NCBI GenBank assembly: GCA_963787125.1
Contig: CAWBBV010000018.1
Span: forward strand, 15,188-79,187
Direction of reading: 5' to 3'
DNA: 64,000 nucleotides
Source: an uncultured delta proteobacterium
GTDB lineage: Bacteria; Desulfobacterota; Desulfuromonadia; Geobacterales; DSM-12255
Position numbers and translations under genes: made by a program. The notes under the pieces were generated by a model. That model ran no database searches. It had not been told where the DNA came from and worked only from the letters and a program-made list of their open reading frames with translations. This document shows positions 40,949 through 52,106 of the stretch, piece after piece; the stretch's first letter is position 1; each line of letters starts with the position of its first letter.

Positions 40949-41544
40949 TTAACCTCAATTCAATCAAGCGTCTGACACTGTTCTTGCTGCTGATTTTGAC
41001 GGTCGGCTGCAGCAGATCACCGCGATCGATGTTTTACACGCTCAACGCCTTGGCAACACCGGATTCCGCCCAATTTACGCAAGAGTCTGTGGCTATTGGA
41101 CCGGTTACTCTGCCCGATCTGCTGGATCGGCCGCAGCTTGTTGTGCGGACCTCAGTCAATCAGGTCGATATTCTGGAAACTCACCGCTGGGCTGAGTCGC
41201 TGAAGAGCGAGATCCCGCGCATTGTTGGTGAGAATCTTGATATTCTCCTCAAACCGGCAAGAGTCTCGACATACCCCCAGAACGCCGGGGCGGATGCGAC
41301 TTACCGGGTCACGCTTGATATCCAGCGTTGCGAAATGACAGAGGGGAAAGGGGTGCGCTTTGTTGCTCTCTGGTCAGTTCGACGGGTTGAAGGTGGAGTT
41401 AGCAGAAGTGGTCGTACTGAAGTAACCGAGCCGGTCGGAGTCGCCGGTTTTGAGCCGTTGGTGGCTGCTCAGAGTCGCGCTCTGGTTACAGTCAGTCGGG
41501 ATATTGCCGAGGCGTTGAGAACCGTGGCGGCATCAACTCAATAA
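40945..41544 (+). CDS. pqiC: PqiC-like lipoprotein
   Basis: Lipobox TVGC, LPDLLDRPQLV, HRWAESL. Confidence 0.88.
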   Translation: MINLNSIKRLTLFLLLILTVGCSRSPRSMFYTLNALATPDSAQFTQESVAIGPVTLPDLLDRPQLVVRTSVNQVDILETHRWAESLKSEIPRIVGENLDILLKPARVSTYPQNAGADATYRVTLDIQRCEMTEGKGVRFVALWSVRRVEGGVSRSGRTEVTEPVGVAGFEPLVAAQSRALVTVSRDIAEALRTVAASTQ

Positions 41545-41667
41545 TAAATCTTTAAAGAGAATATCTGGATGGAATGGTTGTTCAAACCGCTCATCTGTTG
41601 CGAAGCAGTTATCTCTGCCCGGCAGCTCGTCCTTACGAGCTGCTCATTACCGGTGAAAAGTATCTAC

Positions 41668-44196
41668 ATGACGAAAATGAGTCAGCTTAAGATGATTGGA
41701 ATACGGATTGCCCTGGCCCTGACCAGTGCAATCTGTCTGTTTGCACCGCTAACTGCAGCTGCTGCCGGGCAGGAGCTGCACACTGGGAATGCAGCTTTAT
41801 TAGCGGTTCAAGCTCAGCTTTCGACTGCGGCAAAGCCGCAAAGGCCTGTGGCTATCCCTCTGGCCAATGTGGCAATACAGGCTGCCAAAGACCAGGCTTT
41901 TCTTGACAGTATCGATCCACTGGGGAGTGGGGATGCCGGAGTGCAGGGGATCCAAAGGCTACTACCTTCGTTCTCTGCCCAAATTGACCACGACATGGCG
42001 GAATTGAGAAAGGTCCTGCAACTATCGGTTTCACTGGGTAATCTGCAGGCACTGGAACAGCTCTGGGCCTCCAGGCAGCTTCTGCTCACTGAGTGGCAAA
42101 ATGCATTGACCGCCCGGGCTGACCAGTTGCAGAGTGAGATGCTTCAACTTGCTGCACAGAAAAATTCCTGGGATCTTACCAGTAAGGTTGCCCTGTCCGG
42201 TAAAGCCCCGGCAGCTGTTGTCTCGCAGATTGATTCAATCCGGACAGCAATTCTAAATGCTATCCACCCTTTGGATACTCATCGCGGTTCGGTGTTAGTT
42301 CTTCAGGAGTCTGTTGTCAGACAGCAGACTCTTTGCGTCAAAGCACTGGCGTTGATTAAAGGCGCTCAAAAAGGGGCGTTGGCGGATATTCTGAAGCAGG
42401 ATTCTGAGCCACTCTGGAGCTTAGGGCTTTTTAAGCCGGGCGGAATGAGCCCAGTCGATAAGGTCGGCAGTTTTATAGCTAATAATCGGGTTGACTTCAT
42501 TACCTATTTCAGTTGGTCCTCCCGGGCATTTGTTGCCCAGATGGGGTTATTCACACTGCTGGCGATTATTTGTGTCTCCATTCGCCGCCGTATTGATTCA
42601 TGGAAGGAGTCTACAGAACTCCCTCCTGATATAGCTCTGTTTGAGGCACCATTCAGCGCGGCACTGGCAGTAGCACTCTTTATTGGTTCGTCGCCGCTCA
42701 TGCGTTCTCCACAGGCTGTGCGGATGATAATGTCAGCGCTGACTATAGTGCCGATGATACTGCTTGTACAGACCATGGTCAACAGACGTCCACTCCCTTT
42801 ACTTTACGTTCTCGGACTCCTTATTGCTGCCGATATCTTTAGACCGGTCATTGCCGGTGTCCCAGTGCTGGAGCATTTATTTCTGCTGTCTGAGGCGGTA
42901 TGCGGAATTGCCATTCTACTCTGGTGGCAGCGTAACTCTGCCACGCAGGGGTTGTGGCTGTATTTGCGTTCAACCACAGCTAGTTCAGCGGAAAATGAAA
43001 AGAGTCCCGAAATAGGACATTTTGAGAAAAATGTAGCCTGGTTGATTATCCTGATACAGGGGACCAGTTTTGCCGCGGTCATATTTGGTTATCTCCATTT
43101 GGCACGACTGCTGATGTCGGGAGTGTTAGTGGCATCAACTCTGGCTTTGGCACTCTTTGTCTTTGTGCAGATGCTGAACGGCATTGTTGCGATATCCTTT
43201 CGTTCCTGGCCCCTCATGCGCCTCCATATGGTCTCTTCCGCCGGAGATCTTTTGGAACGGCGGATTAATAAGATTCTTGTCTGGGTGGCAAGCATCATCT
43301 GGTTTGAACGCTCGCTGGACTATATCGGCCTGCTGAATTCGACTGTATCTTTTTGTCAGGCTGTGCTGTCGGCACGGCTGCAGCGGGCTGAATTCAGCAT
43401 TTCCCTGGGAGATGTGGCTGCTTTTGGGCTGACAGTCTGGCTGGCTTTCCTGCTGGCCTCATTCACCTGTTTCGTACTTAATAATGATCTTTTTCCACGG
43501 ACAAAAACGTCAACGGGAGCGTCCTATGCAATCTCCAGCCTGCTTCGCTACCTAATCATTCTTGCCGGTTTTATGGTCGGCATGGGAGAGTTAGGGATCG
43601 GTCTCAATCGGGTTGTTATTCTGATCAGCGCTTTTGGAGTCGGTATCGGTTTTGGACTGCAGAATATTGTCAGCAACTTTATCTCGGGTCTGATCCTGCT
43701 GTTTGAAAGACCGGTTCATATCGGCGATACGGTGGAATTCGGCACCGTTATCGGTGACGTCTGCCAGATCGGTATCCGCTCCAGTAAGGTACGGACCCAT
43801 TCAGGAGCCATCATCATTGTGCCTAACTCCCACCTGATTACTGAACAGGTTACCAACTGGACCTTCAGCGATCGACTCCGGCGCATCGACCTCGCGGTTG
43901 GTGTTAACTACGGCTCCGAACCCCGCAAAGTAATCGACCTGATGGAAGCGGTGGCAAGAGCCAATTCGCAGGTAATACTTTCGCCCGCCCCGGCCTGTTT
44001 TCTGATTAACTATGGCGACAACAGTGTTAACTACGAGTTGCGTGTCTGGACAGATCAATTCAGTGACTGGTTTCAGATCCGCAGCGATCTGGCTGTAGCG
44101 CTCTATGATGCATTACTGGCGGCTGGGATGTCATTCCCCTTCCCGCAGCGGGAAGTCAGGTTGGTCACAAATGATGCCACCCCCACTTTGTCATGA
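41668..44196 (+). CDS. large MscS/MscK-like mechanosensitive channel
   Basis: GVGIGFGLQNIVSNFISGLILLFERP, IIVPNS, TNWT, FPFPQREV; start uncertain. Confidence 0.88.
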   Translation: MTKMSQLKMIGIRIALALTSAICLFAPLTAAAAGQELHTGNAALLAVQAQLSTAAKPQRPVAIPLANVAIQAAKDQAFLDSIDPLGSGDAGVQGIQRLLPSFSAQIDHDMAELRKVLQLSVSLGNLQALEQLWASRQLLLTEWQNALTARADQLQSEMLQLAAQKNSWDLTSKVALSGKAPAAVVSQIDSIRTAILNAIHPLDTHRGSVLVLQESVVRQQTLCVKALALIKGAQKGALADILKQDSEPLWSLGLFKPGGMSPVDKVGSFIANNRVDFITYFSWSSRAFVAQMGLFTLLAIICVSIRRRIDSWKESTELPPDIALFEAPFSAALAVALFIGSSPLMRSPQAVRMIMSALTIVPMILLVQTMVNRRPLPLLYVLGLLIAADIFRPVIAGVPVLEHLFLLSEAVCGIAILLWWQRNSATQGLWLYLRSTTASSAENEKSPEIGHFEKNVAWLIILIQGTSFAAVIFGYLHLARLLMSGVLVASTLALALFVFVQMLNGIVAISFRSWPLMRLHMVSSAGDLLERRINKILVWVASIIWFERSLDYIGLLNSTVSFCQAVLSARLQRAEFSISLGDVAAFGLTVWLAFLLASFTCFVLNNDLFPRTKTSTGASYAISSLLRYLIILAGFMVGMGELGIGLNRVVILISAFGVGIGFGLQNIVSNFISGLILLFERPVHIGDTVEFGTVIGDVCQIGIRSSKVRTHSGAIIIVPNSHLITEQVTNWTFSDRLRRIDLAVGVNYGSEPRKVIDLMEAVARANSQVILSPAPACFLINYGDNSVNYELRVWTDQFSDWFQIRSDLAVALYDALLAAGMSFPFPQREVRLVTNDATPTLS

Positions 44197-44278
44197 TAAC
44201 GCTGTTTTTTTATTCCAGTCAGCCGGTAATAATGGTATTAATTACCGGTATCCACAAAACAGATGCAAAGGGGGGGTT

Positions 44279-45844
44279 ATGAAACAATTTGTAGCTGCTG
44301 CCGCTTTAACCGCCGGTTTAGCAGGAACAGCCATGGCTGCTGACTTCCAGACAATCGGCACAATGGGTATGGGTGGTGCTGGCGTTGCCCGTGACATGGG
44401 GGCGTATGCACCCTACTGGAACCCTGCCGGGCTTGCCTTTGCGCCCAAATCTGTCAGTATGACAATCGGTGCCGGACTTGGCGCCCGGGTCAGTGATGGC
44501 CTTGCCGACAATGTTGACAGGCTGTCGAAGTTTACCCAAGGGAGCCCGAGCACTTTTGATAATCTGACCAAACTCAATACAGCTGTCGCTAATCCGACAG
44601 TTGTTGGAGAAATTGTCAGTATGTTGACGGTAGTTAAGGATATTCACGATCAGCAGGGGGCACTCTCTGCAAACGCTGATGCTGCGGTGGGTTTCCAGGT
44701 TAAGAACTTTGGTTTCGGCGTTTTCATGTTAAGTGAAGGTTATGGTAAGACGGCGACAGTAGACTTGACGAACATTCTTCCGGAAAACAGTGGCGGTGTT
44801 GCCATTAGTTCAAACGATCTGGTCACTTTTGCAGGTACAGGCAACGCGAATCAGACTTTTTTCTCGCCGGCACAGGTCACCCAGCTGCAAACAACTCTGA
44901 CCGGTTTAGGCATTACTGGCGCTTCACAAACGCAAGTGATCAATGCTTTCGGTAACAGCCTTTCAACGAACAAAAATCCCACTCTTCCGGGAGTAACTCC
45001 TGATCAGGCAGTTGCCATGTTTACAACTACGGTTGCACCGGCGTTCGCTACAGCGACCGGTACAGCGCAAAACATTAATAATAATAATAGTGCCGTCATG
45101 GTGAAAAACGTCCTCTTTACCGAATTTCCGCTTTCCTACGGACATGCCCTTGATATGGGTACTGCCGGCAAACTCGGTCTTGGCGCCACTTTCAAAGTTG
45201 TTAACGGCCGCGTTTATCAGACAAGAATCAGACTTATTGAAAACGGTCAGAGTGTCGACTCAAAAGATATTATTGATGGTTTAAAGGACAATTACGTGCA
45301 GAGCACCAGTGCTACCTTTGATTTGGGCGTGCAGTGGCGGTATGCTGACTGGCTGTCTGTTGGCGTTGTCGGCAAAAATCTCACCTCACCAGCGTTCAAA
45401 TCCCCGGACCTTAAAGATCAGAAAGGTCGCCTCGTCGATGCAAACGGCACGCCGACTGTAAATCCGTATCATGAGGATGATATTAAGCTCAAACCTCAGG
45501 CCAGAATGGGTATTGAAATGAAGCCGTTAAGCTGGCTTTCCATTGCCGGCGATCTCGATTTGACAGAGAACGAATCAGTGTTGCAAGGTCTTAATTACAA
45601 GAATCAACAGCTTGGCGGGGGCATTGAGTTAAGCCCGGCGACCTGGTTTAAAATCCGTGGTGGTATGTATAAAAATCTTGCAAATTCAGAAGTTGGTCCA
45701 GTTGCGACCGCTGGTTTAACCTTCGGTTTCCCGGCTGTGCTCCTGGAAATTGACGGCGCTTACAGTCTGGATACAACAAGGTACGATAACCAGTTTTATC
45801 CAAAAGAGGCAAGAATTCAGACACAGCTTGTAATTCAGTTCTAA
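44279..45844 (+). CDS. outer-membrane beta-barrel protein (TraF_2/FadL-like)
   Basis: Signal peptide, MGMGGAGVA...YWNPAGLA, C-terminal Phe. Confidence 0.75.
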   Translation: MKQFVAAAALTAGLAGTAMAADFQTIGTMGMGGAGVARDMGAYAPYWNPAGLAFAPKSVSMTIGAGLGARVSDGLADNVDRLSKFTQGSPSTFDNLTKLNTAVANPTVVGEIVSMLTVVKDIHDQQGALSANADAAVGFQVKNFGFGVFMLSEGYGKTATVDLTNILPENSGGVAISSNDLVTFAGTGNANQTFFSPAQVTQLQTTLTGLGITGASQTQVINAFGNSLSTNKNPTLPGVTPDQAVAMFTTTVAPAFATATGTAQNINNNNSAVMVKNVLFTEFPLSYGHALDMGTAGKLGLGATFKVVNGRVYQTRIRLIENGQSVDSKDIIDGLKDNYVQSTSATFDLGVQWRYADWLSVGVVGKNLTSPAFKSPDLKDQKGRLVDANGTPTVNPYHEDDIKLKPQARMGIEMKPLSWLSIAGDLDLTENESVLQGLNYKNQQLGGGIELSPATWFKIRGGMYKNLANSEVGPVATAGLTFGFPAVLLEIDGAYSLDTTRYDNQFYPKEARIQTQLVIQF

Positions 45845-45872
45845 CTTATAGTTAGTTCCGGTTGTTTTTAGA

Positions 45873-45907
45873 AGAGCCCTGCTCCGTTAGGAGTGGGGCT
45901 CTTTTTT
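45873..45907 (+). terminator. intrinsic terminator
   Basis: AGAGCCCTGCTCC-GTTA-GGAGTGGGGCTCT plus T run. Confidence 0.75.
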
Positions 45908-45974
45908 GCAAACTTGCATCTCTGATCATTTTTGCTAATCTTTCATAGCAACATATCATTACTCTGGAGGTTTT

Positions 45975-47393
45975 ATGGCACGCATCACTTTTGGGACATC
46001 CGGTTGGCGGGGAATTCTCTGTGAGGATTTCATTTTTGAGAATGTGAAAATAGTTACCCAGGCCATTGCTGATCACCTTATCGCTGCCGGTGAGAAGGGT
46101 GGAGTGGTAATCGGCTATGATCCCCGCTTTATGGGTGACAGTTTCGCCAGAGAGTCTGCCAGAGTTCTCGCTGCCGCCGGGCTTAAAAGTTACCTTTGCA
46201 ATCGCGATACACCGACGCCGGTAATTGCCTTTGAAATCCTGCGTCGCAAAGCTGCCGGCGGTATAAATTTCACCGCCAGTCATAACCCGCCCGAATATAA
46301 CGGCATTAAATTTTCTCCGGCTTGGGGCGGTCCGGCGCTGCCTGAAACAACTAAGGATATCGAGCGTCGCGCCAACGAGATGCTGGGGCAGATCTGCTAT
46401 CGTGAATTGACCCTGGAGCAGGCTGCAAAAAAAGGTTTGCTGGAAGAGATCGATCCGCGGGAAGTGTATCTTGCCGACCTTGAGAATAAAATAGATTTCG
46501 AGGCAATCAAGAAGATTGGTGCCATAGGGGTAAATCCTCTGTATGGTGCTGCTCGCGGTTATCTGGATGCGCCGCTTATCTCCCGCGGGATTGATGTCCG
46601 CCTTATTAATCAGCACCGCGATCCGTATTTCGGCGGGTTTCCGCCTGAGCCGGCAGAAAAGTACATTCCCGACTTTATCAAACTGGTCAAGAGCGATGCG
46701 GCAATACGCCTTGGGATTGCCACTGACGGTGATGCTGATCGTTTCGGGATTGTTGACGCTGATGGCACCTACATTGAGCCGAACTACATTATTGCCTTGC
46801 TGCTGGATTATCTCATCAGGGTCAGAAAGATGAGTGGCGGCGTGGCGCGCAGTGTCGCCACTTCGCATCTTGTCGATGCTGTGGCAAGGCATCACGGCGT
46901 CGAGCTGTTCGAGACCCCGGTCGGCTTCAAATATATCGGCGAACTCATCAGTCAGGACAAGATTCTTATCGGTGGTGAAGAGAGCGCCGGCCTCTCCATC
47001 AAAGGGCATGTGCCGGAAAAAGACGGCATTCTTGCCTGCTTCCTCGTGGCAGAGATGGTAGCGCGCGAAGGAAAAACAGTAGGGCAGCTTCTGGAAGAGC
47101 TTTACAGCAGGGTCGGGCGTTACATTACCAGGCGGGAAAACATAACGCTGTCGGCGGAGATTGAGGCGGCTTTCCCTGCCCGGGTCAGCGGCCTGCCTGC
47201 TGAAATAGCCGGCACAAAGGTTGAAAATGTTATCAGGATTGACGGCACCAAGCTGGTTCTTTCCGACGGCAGTTGGCTGCTCTTCCGCAAGTCAGGGACA
47301 GAACCGGTGGTGCGTCTCTATGGCGAAGCCTCTTCTAACGGGCGTTTAGAGCAGATTATGAAAGCTGGTCGGGAGTTTATCCTTCAAGGCTAA
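45975..47393 (+). CDS. phosphoglucomutase/phosphomannomutase family protein
   Basis: FGTSGWRG, TASHNP, DGDADR, GGEES, RKSGTEP. Confidence 0.94.
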   Translation: MARITFGTSGWRGILCEDFIFENVKIVTQAIADHLIAAGEKGGVVIGYDPRFMGDSFARESARVLAAAGLKSYLCNRDTPTPVIAFEILRRKAAGGINFTASHNPPEYNGIKFSPAWGGPALPETTKDIERRANEMLGQICYRELTLEQAAKKGLLEEIDPREVYLADLENKIDFEAIKKIGAIGVNPLYGAARGYLDAPLISRGIDVRLINQHRDPYFGGFPPEPAEKYIPDFIKLVKSDAAIRLGIATDGDADRFGIVDADGTYIEPNYIIALLLDYLIRVRKMSGGVARSVATSHLVDAVARHHGVELFETPVGFKYIGELISQDKILIGGEESAGLSIKGHVPEKDGILACFLVAEMVAREGKTVGQLLEELYSRVGRYITRRENITLSAEIEAAFPARVSGLPAEIAGTKVENVIRIDGTKLVLSDGSWLLFRKSGTEPVVRLYGEASSNGRLEQIMKAGREFILQG

Positions 47394-47527
47394 AAGCCTT
47401 GGCGCGAAACGTGTAACATGCAATGACAATCAAGCCGGGTACGCAGAGCTGTAAGAAGACTAAAAATATCCTCTTTGCGTTCCGGTTTTTTTGCGCTATG
47501 ATATGAAAAAAATCGATGGGAGGAATC

Positions 47528-48391
47528 ATGTGGGATTATACCGATAAAGTAAAAGAGCACTTTATGAATCCGCGCAATGTCGGTGACATAGTTGATGCTG
47601 ATGCAATAGGTGAAGTGGGGAGTCTTGCCTGTGGGGATGCGTTGAAGCTTTTCCTTAAGCTTGACGACAGTAAAGAGCATATTGTTGATGCCAAGTTCCA
47701 GACTTTCGGCTGCGGCAGTGCCATTGCATCTTCATCCGCCTTGACTGAGATGATCAAAGGGAAAACGCTGGACGAGGCGCTCCTTGTTACCAACAAAGAG
47801 ATTGCTGACTTCCTGGGGGGACTCCCGGAAGAGAAGATGCACTGTTCTGTTATGGGCCAGGAAGCCCTGGAGGTGGCAATAGCCAAATTTCGTGGCGGTC
47901 CGATTCCGGTTCATGGCCATGATCATGATCACGACCTTGAGCAGGAAGGGGAGATTGTCTGCAAGTGTTTCGGCCTGACCGACGGTTTTCTCCGCAAGGT
48001 TATCGTTCAGAACCGCCTTCACACCGCCGAACAGGTAACTCACTTTACCAAGGCTGGTGGTGCTTGCGGTGGCTGTATTCCAAAGATCAAAGAGCTGATT
48101 GCCGAGGTGCTTGGTGAGCAGCAGAAGCTGGAATCAAAAAGGCCCGAGAAACTGACAAACCTGCGCAAGATGCAACTGATTCAGGAAGTGCTGGAGAATG
48201 AAGTCCGGCCGCAACTCTGGGCTGACGGGGGCGATCTTGAGCTGATCGATATTGCCGGCAATAATGTGCAGATTGCCTTCCGCAAAGCGTGTGCAGGCTG
48301 TGCTTCTTCCGGCTACACCTCGAAATTTGTGGAGCAGAAACTGCGGGAACTGGTTGCTGACGATATCACGGTGGAGGAGGTACAGGGATGA
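47528..48391 (+). CDS. nifU: Fe-S cluster scaffold NifU
   Basis: IscU-like domain (CGDAL, FGCGSA, KMHCS), central CKCF...CGGC, C-terminal DGGDLE...CAGC. Confidence 0.94.
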   Translation: MWDYTDKVKEHFMNPRNVGDIVDADAIGEVGSLACGDALKLFLKLDDSKEHIVDAKFQTFGCGSAIASSSALTEMIKGKTLDEALLVTNKEIADFLGGLPEEKMHCSVMGQEALEVAIAKFRGGPIPVHGHDHDHDLEQEGEIVCKCFGLTDGFLRKVIVQNRLHTAEQVTHFTKAGGACGGCIPKIKELIAEVLGEQQKLESKRPEKLTNLRKMQLIQEVLENEVRPQLWADGGDLELIDIAGNNVQIAFRKACAGCASSGYTSKFVEQKLRELVADDITVEEVQG

Positions 48392-49557
48392 AAGAGATCT
48401 ACCTCGACAATAATGCCACCACCAAGGTTGATGAAGCGGTTTTTGAAGAGATGCGCCCTTATTTTACGGAGCTTTACGGTAATCCCAGCTCCATGCACTA
48501 CTTTGGCGGACAGGTGCAGAAAAAGGTTGATGAGGCCAGGCAAAGGGTTGCTGCCCTTATCGGCGCCCATCCCGAGGAGATTATCTTTACCGCCTGCGGC
48601 ACTGAAAGCGATAATGCAGCCATCAAGTCGGCGCTGGAGGTTTTCCCCAACCGTCGCCACGTGATCACAACCCGTGTCGAGCACCCTGCAGTGCTGACTT
48701 TCTGCCGCGGCCTTGCCAAGCACGGTTATCGGGTCACTGAGCTTAATGTTGACAGTCAGGGCCGTCTGGATATGGATGAACTTCGTGCTGCCATTGATGA
48801 AAATACGGCAGTTGTTTCTATCATGTATGCCAATAACGAGACCGGCGTCATCTTTCCCATCGAGGAAATAGGCCGTATCGTTAAAGAAAAAGGGGCACTT
48901 TTCCATACTGATGCCGTTCAGGCTGTTGGCAAGATACCCCTCAATATGGCAGAGTCAACCGTTGACATGCTGTCTCTATCCGGGCACAAGCTCCATGCGC
49001 CGAAGGGCATAGGCATTCTCTATGTCCGCAAAGGGGTCCCTTTCCGGCCGTTTCTGGTCGGCGGTCACCAGGAAAAAAGCCGCCGGGCCGGCACTGAAAA
49101 CACGGCTTCCATCATTGCTCTGGGGAAAGCGTGCGAGCTTGCCGGAGAGTATCTTGACGATGAGAACCTGCGGGTAAAGGGGATGCGAGACCGTCTTGAA
49201 AGCGAGCTGCTGCGCCTCATCCCGGCATCACGAATAAACGGCGGCGGTGCTGAACGGCTGCCAAATACGGTTTCCATTGCCTTTGAGTTTGTCGAGGGCG
49301 AACTGATCCTTCTCTACCTGTCTGTTCTCGGTATCTGCGCCTCTTCCGGGAGCGCTTGCACTTCCGGTTCCCTTGAGCCGTCCCATGTCCTTCGTGCCAT
49401 GGGCGTCCCCTTTACCTGTGCCCACGGCTCCATCCGTTTTTCTCTTTCACGCTTTACCACTGAGGATGAGATCGATACGGTCATTCGGGAACTCCCTGCC
49501 ATTATTCGCCGTGGCAGAGAGATGTCGCCCTTTGGTCGCGACCTCCTCAATTCCTGA
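48388..49557 (+). CDS. nifS: cysteine desulfurase NifS
   Basis: YLDNNATT, HTDAVQ, SGHKLHAPKG, SSGSACTS. Confidence 0.95.
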   Translation: MKEIYLDNNATTKVDEAVFEEMRPYFTELYGNPSSMHYFGGQVQKKVDEARQRVAALIGAHPEEIIFTACGTESDNAAIKSALEVFPNRRHVITTRVEHPAVLTFCRGLAKHGYRVTELNVDSQGRLDMDELRAAIDENTAVVSIMYANNETGVIFPIEEIGRIVKEKGALFHTDAVQAVGKIPLNMAESTVDMLSLSGHKLHAPKGIGILYVRKGVPFRPFLVGGHQEKSRRAGTENTASIIALGKACELAGEYLDDENLRVKGMRDRLESELLRLIPASRINGGGAERLPNTVSIAFEFVEGELILLYLSVLGICASSGSACTSGSLEPSHVLRAMGVPFTCAHGSIRFSLSRFTTEDEIDTVIRELPAIIRRGREMSPFGRDLLNS

Positions 49558-49563
49558 CCGTTG

Positions 49564-50637
49564 ATGTCAGAATCACCCCGGCAGACAGATGATTTCATGC
49601 CCCTTGAAGAGCGTCTTCAGGGGGCACGGTCATTCAGCGGCCTGATGCTTTCCTGGGTCAAAGGCCGCGGCAAGATCATTATTATTGTTCATGATAACCC
49701 TGATCCTGACTGCCTGGCGTCAGCTCTTGCCTTAAGCCGGCTTTTCAGGGAAAAGAGCGGCATTGAGCCGCTTATTGCCTTTTCAGGAATGATTGGCCGC
49801 AGCGAAAACCTTATCATGGCTCAACTCCTTGAAGTTCCCCTGGTTCCCCTGGAGATTGTCGATCTCTCCGATTACGGGGTAATCTGCATGCTCGATACCC
49901 AACCGGGAACCGGCAATAATACCCTTGGTCCAGCTTTTCCGGTGGATATAGTTATTGATCACCATCCCCTGCGGGAGAGCTGCAAAAACTGCACATGGGT
50001 AGATGTGAGAGCGGGTTATGGCGTCACCGCTACAATTCTTTATGAGTATCTTGTTGCGAACGGAATACTCATTGATTCCAAGCTCGCCACTGCAATCTTT
50101 TATGCCATAAAGTCTGATACCCAGGATCTTGGCCGGGAAGCGAACCTGCCCGATCGTGAAGCCTATCTGCAGCTCTTCCCGTTGGCGGATAAGCAGCTAT
50201 TGTACCAGATTACCAATCCACGCCAGCCGATAGAGTATTTCAGGACAATAAGGAGAACTCTTGGCAACGCCAGGATTCACGGTTGTGCGGTTGTGGTAAA
50301 TATGGAGCGGATCGCATTTCCTGAACTGGTCGCAGAGATGGCTGATTTTCTCCTGAAGCTGGAAGAGATAGAGGCCGTTCTGGCTTTCGGTGAGTATTGC
50401 CATGAACTTGTACTTTCGGTGCGTACTGCTTCAGTAGCGATGAACGCCGGAGATCTGGTCAAGAAAGTAGTGGCAGGAATCGGTGTCGGTGGCGGTCATG
50501 CGTTGATGGCTGGTGGCAAGGTTTCGCTCGTTTCAGCTGATCCGGAGGAGATGGAAAAATTTGAAGAGCTGTTGATAAAACGCTTTCTTGAAGAGACGGG
50601 CGTTTCTATGACAAATTCGTTTTGTATTGAATGTTAA
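49564..50637 (+). CDS. DHH-family phosphoesterase
   Basis: HDNPDPDC, IDHH, SDT, GGGH...AGG. Confidence 0.9.
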   Translation: MSESPRQTDDFMPLEERLQGARSFSGLMLSWVKGRGKIIIIVHDNPDPDCLASALALSRLFREKSGIEPLIAFSGMIGRSENLIMAQLLEVPLVPLEIVDLSDYGVICMLDTQPGTGNNTLGPAFPVDIVIDHHPLRESCKNCTWVDVRAGYGVTATILYEYLVANGILIDSKLATAIFYAIKSDTQDLGREANLPDREAYLQLFPLADKQLLYQITNPRQPIEYFRTIRRTLGNARIHGCAVVVNMERIAFPELVAEMADFLLKLEEIEAVLAFGEYCHELVLSVRTASVAMNAGDLVKKVVAGIGVGGGHALMAGGKVSLVSADPEEMEKFEELLIKRFLEETGVSMTNSFCIEC

Positions 50638-50655
50638 AATTATGGAGAGTGAAAA

Positions 50656-51372
50656 ATGAGAAGTGACGGACGGCAACCGGGAGAACTGAGGAAAATTACA
50701 ATTACCCGTAACTTTATCAAACATGCCGAAGGGTCTGTTCTGGTTGAGTTTGGTGATACAAAGGTTATCTGCAACGCCTCAGTGGAAGAGAGCGTGCCAC
50801 CTTTTTTGCGAGGCAAGGGGACCGGTTGGGTTACCGCGGAATATTCCATGCTTCCCCGTGCTACCCATACCCGGTCGCCGCGTGAAGCAGCCAAAGGAAA
50901 GATCGGCGGCAGAACGCACGAGATCCAGCGTCTTATCGGCCGCTCGCTGCGGGCAGTTATTGATCTTTCCGCCCTTGGTGAACGGAGCGTTCATATTGAT
51001 TGTGATGTTATCCAGGCTGATGGTGGAACCAGGACTGCGTCCATAACCGGGGCGTATATAGCTCTTGTGGATGCCGTCAACTGGCTCCTTGAGAAAAAGG
51101 CTATCAGCACGAATCCGCTCCGCGAGGCCGTTGCTGCGGTCAGTGTCGGGATTGTTGGCGGTGAGGTGCTGCTCGACCTGGATTATTCCGAGGATTCGAC
51201 TGCCGAAGTTGATATGAACTTCGTCATCACCTCATCCCAGCGCTTTGTCGAAGTTCAGGGGACAGCCGAGGCCGAACCGTTTACTCTCGAAGAGATGGAT
51301 GCCATGAGAAAAGTCGGTATTGACGGTATAAATCAACTCCTCAAAATCCAGCAGGAGGCGCTTGCAGGATGA
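50656..51372 (+). CDS. rph: ribonuclease PH
   Basis: [35 protein letters not shown]. Confidence 0.97.
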   Translation: MRSDGRQPGELRKITITRNFIKHAEGSVLVEFGDTKVICNASVEESVPPFLRGKGTGWVTAEYSMLPRATHTRSPREAAKGKIGGRTHEIQRLIGRSLRAVIDLSALGERSVHIDCDVIQADGGTRTASITGAYIALVDAVNWLLEKKAISTNPLREAVAAVSVGIVGGEVLLDLDYSEDSTAEVDMNFVITSSQRFVEVQGTAEAEPFTLEEMDAMRKVGIDGINQLLKIQQEALAG

Positions 51373-51980
51373 AGGAGCTTTTAATCGCCAGCGGTAATGC
51401 CGGTAAGGTAAGGGAGTTTGCAGCACTCTTTGCCGGCAGGGAGATACGACTCTATTCACTGAAAGAATTTCCAGCACTCACCACTGTTGTTGAAGATGGC
51501 AGCACCTTCCGGGCAAATGCCCTGAAAAAGGCAGTTGCCGCTTGCAAAGAGACAGGATTGGCTGTGATCGCAGATGATTCGGGACTCTGCGTTGATGCTC
51601 TTGCTGGCGCGCCAGGGGTTATCTCCGCCCGCTATGCGGGTGAGGGCGCTGATGATGCAGCCAACAATCTTAAACTGCTGGGCGAGTTGTCGACTGTGCC
51701 AATGGGACTGCGTACCGCATTTTTTCGTTGCGTGATTGCGTTTTGCACTCCGGAGGGCCTTGAAGCTACTTTCGAAGGTGAGCTTCGCGGCATTATCCTG
51801 GAGCAGCCTTCAGGGAGTGGCGGTTTTGGTTATGACCCGCTTTTCATGGTGCCTGAATACGGCAAAACTCTGGCTGAGCTGCCGCTGGAGATCAAAAACA
51901 GGATCAGCCACAGAGGCAAGGCGACGGAGGCTTTGCGGGAATATTTTGAAAAAAATAAAATTTATGAAATCAAAGCTTGA
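51369..51980 (+). CDS. rdgB: XTP/dITP diphosphatase
   Basis: [31 protein letters not shown]. Confidence 0.95.
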   Translation: MKELLIASGNAGKVREFAALFAGREIRLYSLKEFPALTTVVEDGSTFRANALKKAVAACKETGLAVIADDSGLCVDALAGAPGVISARYAGEGADDAANNLKLLGELSTVPMGLRTAFFRCVIAFCTPEGLEATFEGELRGIILEQPSGSGGFGYDPLFMVPEYGKTLAELPLEIKNRISHRGKATEALREYFEKNKIYEIKA

Positions 51981-52014
51981 TTCCTTCGGAAGTGGTGTGC
52001 TATAAACATCTCTT

Positions 52015-52094
<80 letters not shown>

Positions 52095-52106
52095 TTTTTT
52101 CCTTCA

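Noticed and set aside
44279..45844. TraF-like gene as evidence of a conjugative element
   Set aside because: No relaxase, coupling protein or T4SS genes nearby; reads as a stand-alone outer-membrane barrel
47399..47415. Sigma-54 promoter before nifU (TTGGCGCG-N4-GTGTA)
   Set aside because: The -12 GC dinucleotide is absent; a sigma-70-like TTGCGT/TATGAT pair lies closer to the gene
47528..49557. nifU-nifS as a nitrogen-fixation cluster
   Set aside because: No nifHDK/ENB here; the NIF-type pair is the general Fe-S assembly system in many anaerobes
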